DNA from: a virus | Lineage: Duplodnaviria; Caudoviricetes | Length of the DNA: 40,017 nucleotides | IMG/VR virus record: IMGVR_UViG_3300032236_000402 | Span: 1-40,017 of that record | Strand: one strand, 5' to 3' | Shown here: positions 18,601-25,486 of the stretch, piece after piece | How positions within the stretch are numbered: the first letter of the stretch is position 1 | Layout: each line of letters opens with the position of its first letter | Made by a program: the position numbers and the translations under genes | Notes under the pieces: generated by a model | Told to the model about the DNA's origin: nothing | Seen by the model: the letters and a program-made list of their open reading frames with translations, nothing else | Database searches by the model: none

Positions 18601-19785
18601 GACTCTGGAAATATCGAAGACAACAAGGTACGCGTATCGACAGTAAACCTAAAAACTGGTAAGAAGAAGGTCCGTGTTGGCTTTACTCTTACAAGTTGGA
18701 CTGCCGATGGACCTAATGGTCTAGTTTCTAAGCTTCAGCAAGTTGGTGCTAAGTCCACTGCTCGTATGCACATCAGCAAGTGGGATAAGCAAGCTGATGG
18801 TTCGTTAGTTCAAAATGGAACATGGGCAAGTAGCTATATTGACTCATCCTCAACTGGAACTACTTACACAGTGGATGTTAAGAACAAGGCTGGACAAGTT
18901 ATTGGTGTCGCTAAAATCCACCGTGCAAACAAGGATGCTGGGACTCCAAACTTTGTAGATGTTAAGACTACAAGTTCAGATAAAGCCCTTGCCTACCACA
19001 ATAAGGTTGAGCTTTTCCTAGATGACGATGTTACTTCAGATGACATTGGCTATGCTATGTCTCAAGTTGGTGTCGAGTCGTCTCGCCCAGCTACTAAAGA
19101 AGATATCCGAATTGCTAGCGAAAATAAAATTGTTTCAATGTTTGGTGACAAGCCAGATGGAACAAAGAACCTAACTGGTGAAGCACGTCAAGCAGCCCTA
19201 GACTTGGCGGCTCAAAGCTATGGTGTACGCGCTGAAGATATGGTTCCAGAGCAGATGGCTAACGGAGATATTCACGTCATGCTTCCAAAAGAAGCAGGTA
19301 AGCTTTTGGCCCAAAAGCTAAACCTAAAGAGCTTCTCGCACAACTGGCATTCAAGCATGGATGCAGACACCCTACACAGCATCCTTACTAATGGTGGAAT
19401 TCGAGCTACAACGCACCGTTGGATGCATGGAATCAATACTTCTGGTGCTTCGTCTGTAGCAGATGGCCACAACGTTGGTGGAAACTATGTATTCCACCAC
19501 GCAAACAGTGGATATGGAACGTTCTCCTTTGATGCTGCGGAAATGTGTCGTCGTCTCGACTTCTATGCAAACCCTAACGATGGTTGGGGTAAGAAGCAGG
19601 GTGGGCAACTCTCCATTCTTAAGAATGGTGCTGGTGAGGTTATGTTCAAGACATCCCCTGCCCTATCTGCACTTACTAACATAGATGTTGGCATCACGGT
19701 TAAGAAAGCCGTTCTAAAGCGTCTACAATCCGAAGGTATCACTATGATTGATGGTAAGACTGTTGAAGAAATTCTAGGTCTATAG
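9604..19785 (+). CDS. Giant 3393-aa polyvalent putative virion protein (ART-like, PI3K/HipA-like kinase, KOW/SH3-like and C-terminal ART-fold-like domains)
   Basis: Uninterrupted 10.2-kb ORF with GTG start; YHRG..FSS..EEE (~12790-13070); YVKK..ENEVLA..DAWLANWD..N..RIDNG (~13580-14250); C-terminal H..SIL..GG..YVF..GEVMF. Confidence 0.85.
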   Translation: MSSIINSLIESLEKKPVISDTAVDTQTLRQTISSLVTEANANVPSERRVTLRSALIVAERSLVASASLPNESRRFGALRDVINFISLTIEGSTGFNAPKHTDLLVTGHPESTAPTALTAAAFRRERARWEAAAPELDENIKPIVAAAFSAHPSSPEYLYNYTRLASAPAAQVPASVIASLEEFALTAAGDPLSGKNSHEARSARAKAQRRDSKGRFASMGGPIEALIRDLKGLVRKLVGRVVANTIGSDSFDVEVHGDPDIPDGSIVTIPAKDSTAIEAMLPTSAVKNAPRETVESLSGKEPIVNLADLMKTIKDAPSGWTKDPNYKKQNPSDPDERFVSGDGYIVDRFDKPTAANEPTIFAGQEVAGGKTNVGHDGSEKLDPTQPVYKLSRSTDSYGAAGGQELVGVTQSWADTQVLAEKDTPAFEKAAQGGVAYAKKPPVSAPAEPSATPEVPSAEDVAKSFGVNVKKIDAFVKDFFEKNPEQKATKKFAGNKNNPIEGLLDELAQGEDPQQISADIYALAYDLPASDDKTKLLKQVLTKLSQDVSDYNPKKVKPAKEAKKVEAELPAPTEEAPKAEAPAAPEAEAPKAAKAKAAPKISPLSPAQAQKLEAGDELYIFNKGIPKQYHVGSDGYIYPGSAPANIDADETQNNIGDTYALAEAMKNGQVSGVFKGEIPLNEDNKPMSSAEHLNALQEQNAAKKAAQEAKKAEKLVGQPEAKPAPEAVESEDKVLPEPFPGWKPGNKPIVDTFDEPTHGMFDGMADSKDYTDDPKKLASKFTEEQLSQALHDAINNGTGVGELPFEKGDEQVEADNLYHALHEQGADADKVLANAYDAGTGSTTNLDNLNKYREGLKNAPAEKKPELDKIDEITPQNTSDKEISRALMGTKPAKVAEQFIENEIKNGSDNAENYQAIKDAIKNIDRTGDTEEEGVQELAEKFAPWAMSKDPKKVQAFLGLMGLVAISDGGDGGGLKQFRAAIQNIITPGTGLVPGSGKQNTGTAADDFIQSLGFGDGTFSGYFPALLHSRLAVAQGKEDPNSGNSVAGETYKLMAFLSENVKRSSSYHRGIALDPDSPLLKTLTTEGEIIPMDGKPFSSDKSIAEDFAKIHLVDKRDSVILSVDSPIFGVDTTQWSTFIHEEEVLATGNYEVFHVAVEPKHSNGGKIYSVTLVPKDDLANAKGTGKATEAAPSLQENDADLNFKYGMNPAPYEPMEDTSGLPAGTSDKPEWIAKNFDTDALKGGLEDAIANADSSVRLKTGGDNGAELNVDPEAVRDALQIQGVDTNQLLENYSKAPAAPEAEAEGPQFDTDAEHMAKQDLHTPDDLSGYNQVSGALGSNEGGIYENADGDQIYVKKQQDALHGENEVLASALYQALGIQTANVRQGTLSDGTRVTYSALVPGAKHDLASKKNDPTYRKKLQQGFAADAWLANWDVVGTGYDNVVTDENGDPVRIDNGGAILFRAMGAPKGDSFGTEVKELDSLTKGSYSGKVFGDMTEADKSASAENLLKISDDQIDSIVNSAITNKATAAEVAKVLKDRRKNILDHYGIKDTASAEPEEPVVQGKDGKSYSKKEWGDSLVEWRTNDGQYAPSNISVSRSPDGKWHIRDTNVGADRNGTGESIGAYDSKDEAVQKAEDLVKNGSDQGNELEPKEEAPAAAGGVGGTYSKSTPTLQKLLAKKLNYNGEILTTDEFLQKYGHGKKTYEEPKYDDNGNLVGVKKVRYEVYTDDQHNSAVEVPKSVYDAYEPTSGVVDDTRGQIAKKIADDSLAKTKLDDTVTKAADPDAQPMSPQEAAQEWADKMGVKLPYTMGSWTLIQQGQRLYDNHTAATIDIVKGKNGSVSYVARHGGGMTPASTFENAQDAFDYVEKMNADPVDELEADADDMLDSQDGLDTITESPLGGAVKIASEVKMSQAGGYNQANYFDEATNNHYGHVRSVGNGTFDAYFDPGMGDDIKKANFGDAETAANWLGYQIADHLGLEKNPITGYALGEGPALPDKITVHKGKFLNEPSEAQLASAKGYMETKDIPQDRKDFLQAILEKPDLVAGEIGTLIGELKKYENLPEDQVPAKDNPADDMDNLSAVIKIDPEVGSGFIGANINDGGTSFFDADNKLIASITPSEHFAGKFVGQYTDPINGKQSFVFDSEEKAADYIGAGLTKTGQWKKNPYGEALSDNFAKGEEGAIPEGTNADLTPITAEDILNANLIMNEVQRLHPDHTVEANGDLKLAERTTDPDGNGNTFKYETMFRRTKRERFFTYVRETNLQTGEVRVVKIGKEQHSYKGVLKNVVLGRNNVLFHRDVRNWFQKKTGIETVKPGEGPSNPFTDLNLGDSIPKTGDAVKDSLISMIGNLAEVGEAHGPMLDALHSTAVAQGLSKDFVDQTLAKILENKQKMATAMHHPDGEPEPVAPHLSYNGKEIKPGDIVDWTDPETGTVHRGYVVKLQYKHNSKDYKYSDQTTCVFPTYNAEIAKQKLAEGKPAPHKNQQRNRVSSNLIVVDSKDAPMSEPFSPKLKEKLTQESVAKAGETKVAPEKIAETLENYKPAVKPVKAVSSGLKFVEGQSHDVVVDANGDKFVTFGDQKVPTYKDSPAMMQDLEPTSKSGTVGEFQPGDVLNMKSGIQHILQVHDDGSAIHLTTAVPDSSGNVEIKNITIQKDGFMDQAMLAGYATKSKLAFGSKPFKEATPVAAPNGEVALDGESGVSLEPAAQTGITAKDAVDGASAISTSIKNDADASAAVNTTDLDDAINKSAQDASTASTSDATTPVQVTVAKDVKTFGTAGEVTAKGLDKKSTATASQLGIPENIDGVAYSSLEHGLSVEQIWKSGFDNIKVKTGDNKYVIPGAIVTSEDGSSTGVITVTDKASGQVGVTWLQGDKAGKHEAGLASSSTKDTGVWMDPSTAADLGVAVDTDQINNGKQIIAQKIQQIKKDQAASIAAKAKEAQLKALADKAKVSGTGADTVVAEAKPWHTSEFAGVDSLDDALDKVKSSPAVSASGREVLVDSGNIEDNKVRVSTVNLKTGKKKVRVGFTLTSWTADGPNGLVSKLQQVGAKSTARMHISKWDKQADGSLVQNGTWASSYIDSSSTGTTYTVDVKNKAGQVIGVAKIHRANKDAGTPNFVDVKTTSSDKALAYHNKVELFLDDDVTSDDIGYAMSQVGVESSRPATKEDIRIASENKIVSMFGDKPDGTKNLTGEARQAALDLAAQSYGVRAEDMVPEQMANGDIHVMLPKEAGKLLAQKLNLKSFSHNWHSSMDADTLHSILTNGGIRATTHRWMHGINTSGASSVADGHNVGGNYVFHHANSGYGTFSFDAAEMCRRLDFYANPNDGWGKKQGGQLSILKNGAGEVMFKTSPALSALTNIDVGITVKKAVLKRLQSEGITMIDGKTVEEILGL

Positions 19786-19799
19786 GTTAGGAAAAAATA

Positions 19800-20477
19800 A
19801 TGGACAACGAAACTCTATATCCAGTATTTCCATCAGCTGGTGCATTTATCAAGTATGGCGAAGATAAATACGCGAAAGCTATTCTTGGAGCCAGCGTTGA
19901 TGGCTCAGGTAATCAAGATGGTCTCACTGTATATTTCTCTGGCTGGCAGTCTGGGACATTCCCAGTTGGCCTAGATGAACTAACGATAGATGAAAATACG
20001 GGTATAATTAGATTCAACGCATACGATGCAGATTATCTAATTCGCGAGTTCCGAGAAGAGGATGGTCTTTGGCTTTCGGCTTACCAGACCGTTCTGCCCG
20101 TAGATGCTTTAGTCAACCTAACAGAAGGACCGCTCTCCAACATGGATGTTTCAGTAGACCCAAATCAAGAAGAGTCTATGACTGCATATGCAACCGATGA
20201 TTCAGGGTATGTGCTCGGTCTTGTTTACAACGATTCTGTTGCTTCATGGCTTCGCACCAACGGCGACTGGGCGCTTCTTAGCGATGACGATGACACCTTT
20301 GATGACATGATTGCTATCCCTATCGACCCAACTAAGGCCGATGATTTTGTGAACCTTTTTGACACAAAGCACCCGTCAATCACAGAGGCAAACACCTATT
20401 CTGACCTTTCGGAAGAAGACTCCGACCTAGAGCCAGAAGACAACGGTAGCGACGAAACCCCAGTCAACGAGCAGTAA
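19800..20477 (+). CDS. Acidic hypothetical protein, 225 aa
   Basis: AGGA RBS; directly follows the giant gene; very D/E-rich. Confidence 0.75.
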   Translation: MDNETLYPVFPSAGAFIKYGEDKYAKAILGASVDGSGNQDGLTVYFSGWQSGTFPVGLDELTIDENTGIIRFNAYDADYLIREFREEDGLWLSAYQTVLPVDALVNLTEGPLSNMDVSVDPNQEESMTAYATDDSGYVLGLVYNDSVASWLRTNGDWALLSDDDDTFDDMIAIPIDPTKADDFVNLFDTKHPSITEANTYSDLSEEDSDLEPEDNGSDETPVNEQ

Positions 20478-20493
20478 CAAAGCTAAAGGATAC

Positions 20494-23400
20494 TTGATGA
20501 CAGAGGTCATTGGTCGGTCTGACCATCTAGTACTCATTGGTGACGACACCAATGGTGTAATTATCGACACCGATTTTAATCTAATCGTCGAAAGTGGTCC
20601 AAAGTCTGACCTGCAAAAATCCAAGGTTTGGGTTTTTTCCGAGTCTTACAATCTTTCAGATGATGTTATCAATCTAGCTAACGCTGCTTTGCAGTCATTC
20701 GCCGCCAAAGCCCTCACCGCGAGTGCTGGCCGCATGTATACAATTCCCAAGAGCGCCCAGGCTGAAGCAAAAAAGGCTTTGGAGTGGCACGCAACGTATC
20801 ACAGAGGTGGTACACCAGTAGGACTAAACACAGCTCGCACTCTTTCAGGAGGCGGACAAGTAAGTCTTAAAGTAGTCAAGCACATTGCTAAGTATTTCCC
20901 TCGTCACGAGGTTGATAAAAAGGGCAAGGGCTACACCCCAGGAGAAGACGGTTTCCCTTCAAACGGACGTATCGCTTGGGCACTTTGGGGCGGTGACGCT
21001 GCATGGCGTTGGGCTTCAGATATTGTTGAACGAGAGAAAAAGGCCCTAACTGCCGATGGTCAGCTAGATTCCGAAACACTTTTGAACAACCAGCAAAACA
21101 ACCCAATTGCTGCTTTTCAAGAAGCATTTACTTCGGAGGCAATCGATGGTCCAGAGTTTATTGCTAGAGTTCGTCTCGATGGTTCTGGCATTGACCGTCT
21201 TTATAAGGTAGATATTGACGGAAGCGTCTATGTCTGGGACAACTGCAACTGGGATGACCTTTGTGATGTTGATAGCGACATCTGGACTTTTGATAAAGCC
21301 CTAGATGACCCATATGACTTGGTGTCTAAGTCTCACATCCTTATTGACCCATCTTCAGCTGTTGTCATTGCAGCACGTCTAGACATGAACCCCTTTGAGT
21401 GTGTATCTGTTTTTGATATCGATTCAGAAGAAGCGATTCTTGTTGCTGATGCCATCTCGGACATCGACTGGGACCTGATTGACAATGTTGTAACTGCTGC
21501 TGGTGCTCAGGTTGCTCCTGGCTATACACCAGAAGAACGAGCACAAAATGCAGAACACCAAAAGCGTGCTACTGGCGGTAAGTTTGCTAAGCAGAAGAGT
21601 GCAACACTGCCAGCAAAGGGTACAGGCAAGGATGTTCCCGCTGCTGGGCCTAAGGAAGCTCCGACCCCCTCTGAAGCAGCGCCAGCAGATGCAGACAAGC
21701 CTGAGGCTCCTAAGCTTGACCTAACTGGAATTCTTGCTAAGGACCCAACACCTGCTCCTCAGCCAGCGGCAAAGATGGCAGGAAATCTTCCTGCAATGAG
21801 CGCACCAGATGTTCACAACATGCTGAGTAAGTGGGACTCGTTTGTTCAATCAAAGCGTGGCTCAATTCAGACTTCAGATGAAGATAAGAATGAAAAGCGT
21901 TCTGCCGTAGATAAAGCTACTGCTGCTCAACCTGCTCACGCTCAGAATGAAAAGCGCGATGTTGTTGCAGATGCAAAGCAATCAACCGAGGCCAAGGCTA
22001 CAAACCCATATGCACACCCTCTAGTCCAAGACTGGGTGAAGAACAAGGCTGCTGCCGCCTCTAGTCCAGATGCCACAAAGCAGTGGGCTGTTCCTACAGT
22101 TGCTGCCGCTGGACCTGCTGGAACTCCAGTTACTCCAGAAAACTCGGATGTTCAACCTGTATATGTAGCAATTGTTGCTGATGATGACCCTCGTGCAGTC
22201 CTAGACCTAGTTGCTATTGTCCCTGCAAGCACCACACAAAGTGCTCCTATGACTTACGTTCGCAAGAACAAGAAGTGGGTTCGCGATGACAAGATGCTCA
22301 ATGACCTTAAGTCAGCGACTCCTCCACCAACAGTCCCTCTAGATGCAACTACCCTAGACTCGGTTCTAAAGCAGGTCGATGGTATTGCCATGACTGCGGC
22401 AGCTGTAACTGGTGACCAGATTCTAAATATTCTTTGGGGTCCAAATAAAGAACTCGTTAGCTACATCAAGAACGAGGTGATGCCAACCTTCAAGTATGAA
22501 GAAACTTTGGCACATTTTGACAATGCCCTTGTTGCTGGTGGCGGTCTTGACCGTGACCGTGGTCAAGCAGAAAAGCTTCGTCACTACTGGGATTTCGGTC
22601 CAGGTGCAGCAAAGATTCGCTGGGGTATGCCTGGCGACTGGTCACGCTGCGTTCGTCACCTTGCTAAGTATCTAGGTGTTCGTGCTAAGGGCTATTGCCA
22701 ACTTCGCCACAAGGAAGTTACTGGCATGTATACAGGCACTCACGCCAAACTCGTTCGCGAAGCTGAAGGCAAGGGTGGACACCACCACGAGCACTCTATC
22801 TCGGAGCTAGCCACACAAAACTTTGATTCCATGTCTGACCACTCTGCTGATGACCCTTGCTGGGATGGCTACAAGCAGATTGGTTTCAAGGACAAGAATG
22901 GCAAGCACGTTCCTAACTGCGTAAAGGCATCTGGAGCTAAGTCAGAATTTATTATGGAAGAAGTCTGGGGCGAGAACATTGGAACCCCGACAGTAGTCAC
23001 AGATAAAGACATGCTTATGCCACTTCCTAAGATTATGAATCTTAAGGATGACATCTATGACCACCACTGGGAGCCAGATGAGGAAACTATTGGCTACCTA
23101 AAGCACCTAAACGAGTGCGATGATGCAGACTTCGAAGCACTTACCGCAGCGGGAACTTTCAAGCCTTCAGCAGGTAGCGCAGATAAGCTTCGCAACTACT
23201 GGGTCATGGGCAAGGGTGCAGCCAAGATTCGTTGGAACACTAACGGCGACTGGACCCGCTGTGTGCAGAACCTATCTAAATACATGGGACCTCGCGCCCG
23301 TGGATGGTGTGCACTTCGCGCCAAGGAAGTTTCAAACAACTGGGTTGGCGACAAAGGCTCGCGTCAGGTATACGGAAAACTTGGAAAACTTCAGGGAACG

Positions 23401-25281
23401 CACTTCAGCAACCAAAGCCTAAACGCTACTAACCACGTTATTGAACTTGCAGCCCTAAATGCACGCTCTAAGCAAGCTAAGAACCGAGTCCTTGGTTTGA
23501 CAGCTGGCGCTGGTGAATTCCAGCCAGGAGCTGCTTTTAGAATCCCTCTAGTAATTCCAGAAGGTATTGAATCTGGTGATGGACGTAAGTTCCTCCCAGG
23601 CGCAATCACCACCCGTGAACTTCCACTTCCGCTGCTTTGGCAAATTAAGACTGGCGACGGTCACCAAGGTTCTGTGGTTGTTGGTCGAATTGACCACATG
23701 GAACGCATTGAAAATGGTATTGGAAATGCCTACGGTGTGTTTGACAATGGAGAGTATGGTCAAGAAGCTCAGCGTCTAATCCAAAATGGATTTATTCGTG
23801 GTGTATCTGCTGATATGGACCGCTTCGAAGCAATCGAAGAGCCAGTAGAAGCTGGCATTGAAGACCAGCCTGAAGTCATCGGCAAGAACAAGCTTGTTAT
23901 AAATAAAGCCCGTGTAATGGCTGCTACAATAGTAGCTAAGCCAGCATTCCAAGAATGTCAAATCTTCATCAATAAAGATGAACTTCCTCAGGAGGAAAAC
24001 ATGATTCCAGACGGAGTCTACGCAGGAGAAGTTGACCCTTCAGACGCTAACTCAATCGTTGCGTGTGGATTCGTCGCTGGCGCTATCCCAGTAGAGCCAC
24101 CAGCTAGCTGGTTCGTAAACCCTAAGCTCGACAAGGCTACCCCACTTACAATCACAGACGATGGTCGAGTATTCGGTCACATCGCTGCGTGGCACGTTGA
24201 CCACATTGGTATGGCATTTGGAACTAAGCCTCCTCGTAGCAAGAGCAACTACGGATACTTCCACACTGGTGTTGTCCGCACTGAAGACGGCTCGGATGTT
24301 CCAGTAGGTCAGCTAACTCTCGCAGGTGGTCACGCTTCTCTTCACGCAAGCGCCCAGGAAGCAGTTAAGCACTACGACGATACCGCATCAGCTTTTGCAG
24401 ACGTTCACGCTGGCGAAGATGCCCACGGTATCTGGGTAGCAGGTTCGCTACGCCCAGGCACAACTCCAGAGCAGATTCGCGCTGCCCGCGCATCAGCACC
24501 TTCTGGTGACTGGCGTCCAATCCGCGGTTCGCTTGAGCTTGTTGCTGTATGTCAGGTAAACGTTCCTGGCTTCCCAATCGCTCGTGCCCGCGTTGCTTCT
24601 GGTCAAGTTGTTGCTCTTGTTGCCGCAGGTGCTATGACTCTTGCCAAGATGAAGAATGACCCAGTTGCTGAGCTTTCAAACCGCATCAACCAAATTGAAG
24701 CTTCGCTGAATCAGCCAAGCGTTGAGGCTCGCGCCGCTGAGATTCGTGCTCGCATGGAGTCAGAGTTTGGCTACATCCCACAGGCAAAGCGTCAGGAAAT
24801 GGCCAAGAAGGGTGAAGCTCTTCCAGATGGCTCATACCCAATCGCTACTAAGGGTGATGTTGAGAAGGCTATTCACGCCTACGGACGCGCTAAGCCAGAG
24901 CACAAAGCGGCTGTAAAGAAGCACATTATCAAGCGTGCTAAGTCGCTAGGTGTGTCGCACCTGATTCCAGATAGCTGGAAGCCAGTGTCAGCAGCAGCAA
25001 TCACTGCCAGCGTAGATGACCTACGCGCACGTCTTGCTTCGTTCGCTGCTGTAACAGACTTTGCTGAAATCTCGGATGAAGAGCGTAAGAAGCTTGCATC
25101 TGAAGGTAAAGCAATGCCAGATGGTTCATACCCAATTCGTAATGAGCAAGACCTAAAGAATGCCATTCAAGCATTTGGTCGCGCAAAGACCGAAGACCGT
25201 CCGATGGTAAAGGCACACATCAAAGAGCGTGCCCACGCAATCAACCACGCTGAGTTGATTCCAGACAACTGGAAGAACTAA
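20494..25281 (+). CDS. Capsid maturation (prohead) protease fused to many accessory modules
   Basis: Protease-like domain ~23530-23965 (DGR..LPL..GH..VVGRI..GVSAD..ATIV..PAF); second related domain ~24095-24590 (GGH..SGDWR..LELV..VNVPGF); directly upstream of the major capsid gene. Start may be ATG 20497. Confidence 0.8.
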   Translation: MMTEVIGRSDHLVLIGDDTNGVIIDTDFNLIVESGPKSDLQKSKVWVFSESYNLSDDVINLANAALQSFAAKALTASAGRMYTIPKSAQAEAKKALEWHATYHRGGTPVGLNTARTLSGGGQVSLKVVKHIAKYFPRHEVDKKGKGYTPGEDGFPSNGRIAWALWGGDAAWRWASDIVEREKKALTADGQLDSETLLNNQQNNPIAAFQEAFTSEAIDGPEFIARVRLDGSGIDRLYKVDIDGSVYVWDNCNWDDLCDVDSDIWTFDKALDDPYDLVSKSHILIDPSSAVVIAARLDMNPFECVSVFDIDSEEAILVADAISDIDWDLIDNVVTAAGAQVAPGYTPEERAQNAEHQKRATGGKFAKQKSATLPAKGTGKDVPAAGPKEAPTPSEAAPADADKPEAPKLDLTGILAKDPTPAPQPAAKMAGNLPAMSAPDVHNMLSKWDSFVQSKRGSIQTSDEDKNEKRSAVDKATAAQPAHAQNEKRDVVADAKQSTEAKATNPYAHPLVQDWVKNKAAAASSPDATKQWAVPTVAAAGPAGTPVTPENSDVQPVYVAIVADDDPRAVLDLVAIVPASTTQSAPMTYVRKNKKWVRDDKMLNDLKSATPPPTVPLDATTLDSVLKQVDGIAMTAAAVTGDQILNILWGPNKELVSYIKNEVMPTFKYEETLAHFDNALVAGGGLDRDRGQAEKLRHYWDFGPGAAKIRWGMPGDWSRCVRHLAKYLGVRAKGYCQLRHKEVTGMYTGTHAKLVREAEGKGGHHHEHSISELATQNFDSMSDHSADDPCWDGYKQIGFKDKNGKHVPNCVKASGAKSEFIMEEVWGENIGTPTVVTDKDMLMPLPKIMNLKDDIYDHHWEPDEETIGYLKHLNECDDADFEALTAAGTFKPSAGSADKLRNYWVMGKGAAKIRWNTNGDWTRCVQNLSKYMGPRARGWCALRAKEVSNNWVGDKGSRQVYGKLGKLQGTHFSNQSLNATNHVIELAALNARSKQAKNRVLGLTAGAGEFQPGAAFRIPLVIPEGIESGDGRKFLPGAITTRELPLPLLWQIKTGDGHQGSVVVGRIDHMERIENGIGNAYGVFDNGEYGQEAQRLIQNGFIRGVSADMDRFEAIEEPVEAGIEDQPEVIGKNKLVINKARVMAATIVAKPAFQECQIFINKDELPQEENMIPDGVYAGEVDPSDANSIVACGFVAGAIPVEPPASWFVNPKLDKATPLTITDDGRVFGHIAAWHVDHIGMAFGTKPPRSKSNYGYFHTGVVRTEDGSDVPVGQLTLAGGHASLHASAQEAVKHYDDTASAFADVHAGEDAHGIWVAGSLRPGTTPEQIRAARASAPSGDWRPIRGSLELVAVCQVNVPGFPIARARVASGQVVALVAAGAMTLAKMKNDPVAELSNRINQIEASLNQPSVEARAAEIRARMESEFGYIPQAKRQEMAKKGEALPDGSYPIATKGDVEKAIHAYGRAKPEHKAAVKKHIIKRAKSLGVSHLIPDSWKPVSAAAITASVDDLRARLASFAAVTDFAEISDEERKKLASEGKAMPDGSYPIRNEQDLKNAIQAFGRAKTEDRPMVKAHIKERAHAINHAELIPDNWKN

Positions 25282-25374
25282 GCCCAAAGATTTACTAGAA
25301 AATGCCCAATGCATTGATGGTAAAGAGGGAGAGAAATCAACCTCAACATAATAATAAACAATAGAAATCTATTG

Positions 25375-25486
25375 TAAAATTATCCTAGGTAAAGTGCCTA
25401 ACGTTTTATATGCGTATAGTCCCTTTGCTTTGGACCGAACAGCCGATAAATGAAATACATTTATCAAACTGGCCTAAGGAGGTACA
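25375..25486 (+). promoter_or_regulatory. Capsid gene -10 element and structured 5' leader
   Basis: TAAAAT at 25375-25380 after an A-rich tract; hairpin GATAAATG-aaata-CATTTATC at 25445-25465; AAGGAGG RBS at 25476-25482. Confidence 0.5.

Noticed and set aside
9604-25281. Inteins or homing endonucleases explaining the very long ORFs
   Set aside because: I saw no C/S-start Hint blocks with HN-[CST] ends and no LAGLIDADG or HNH motifs; length is explained by accreted modules.
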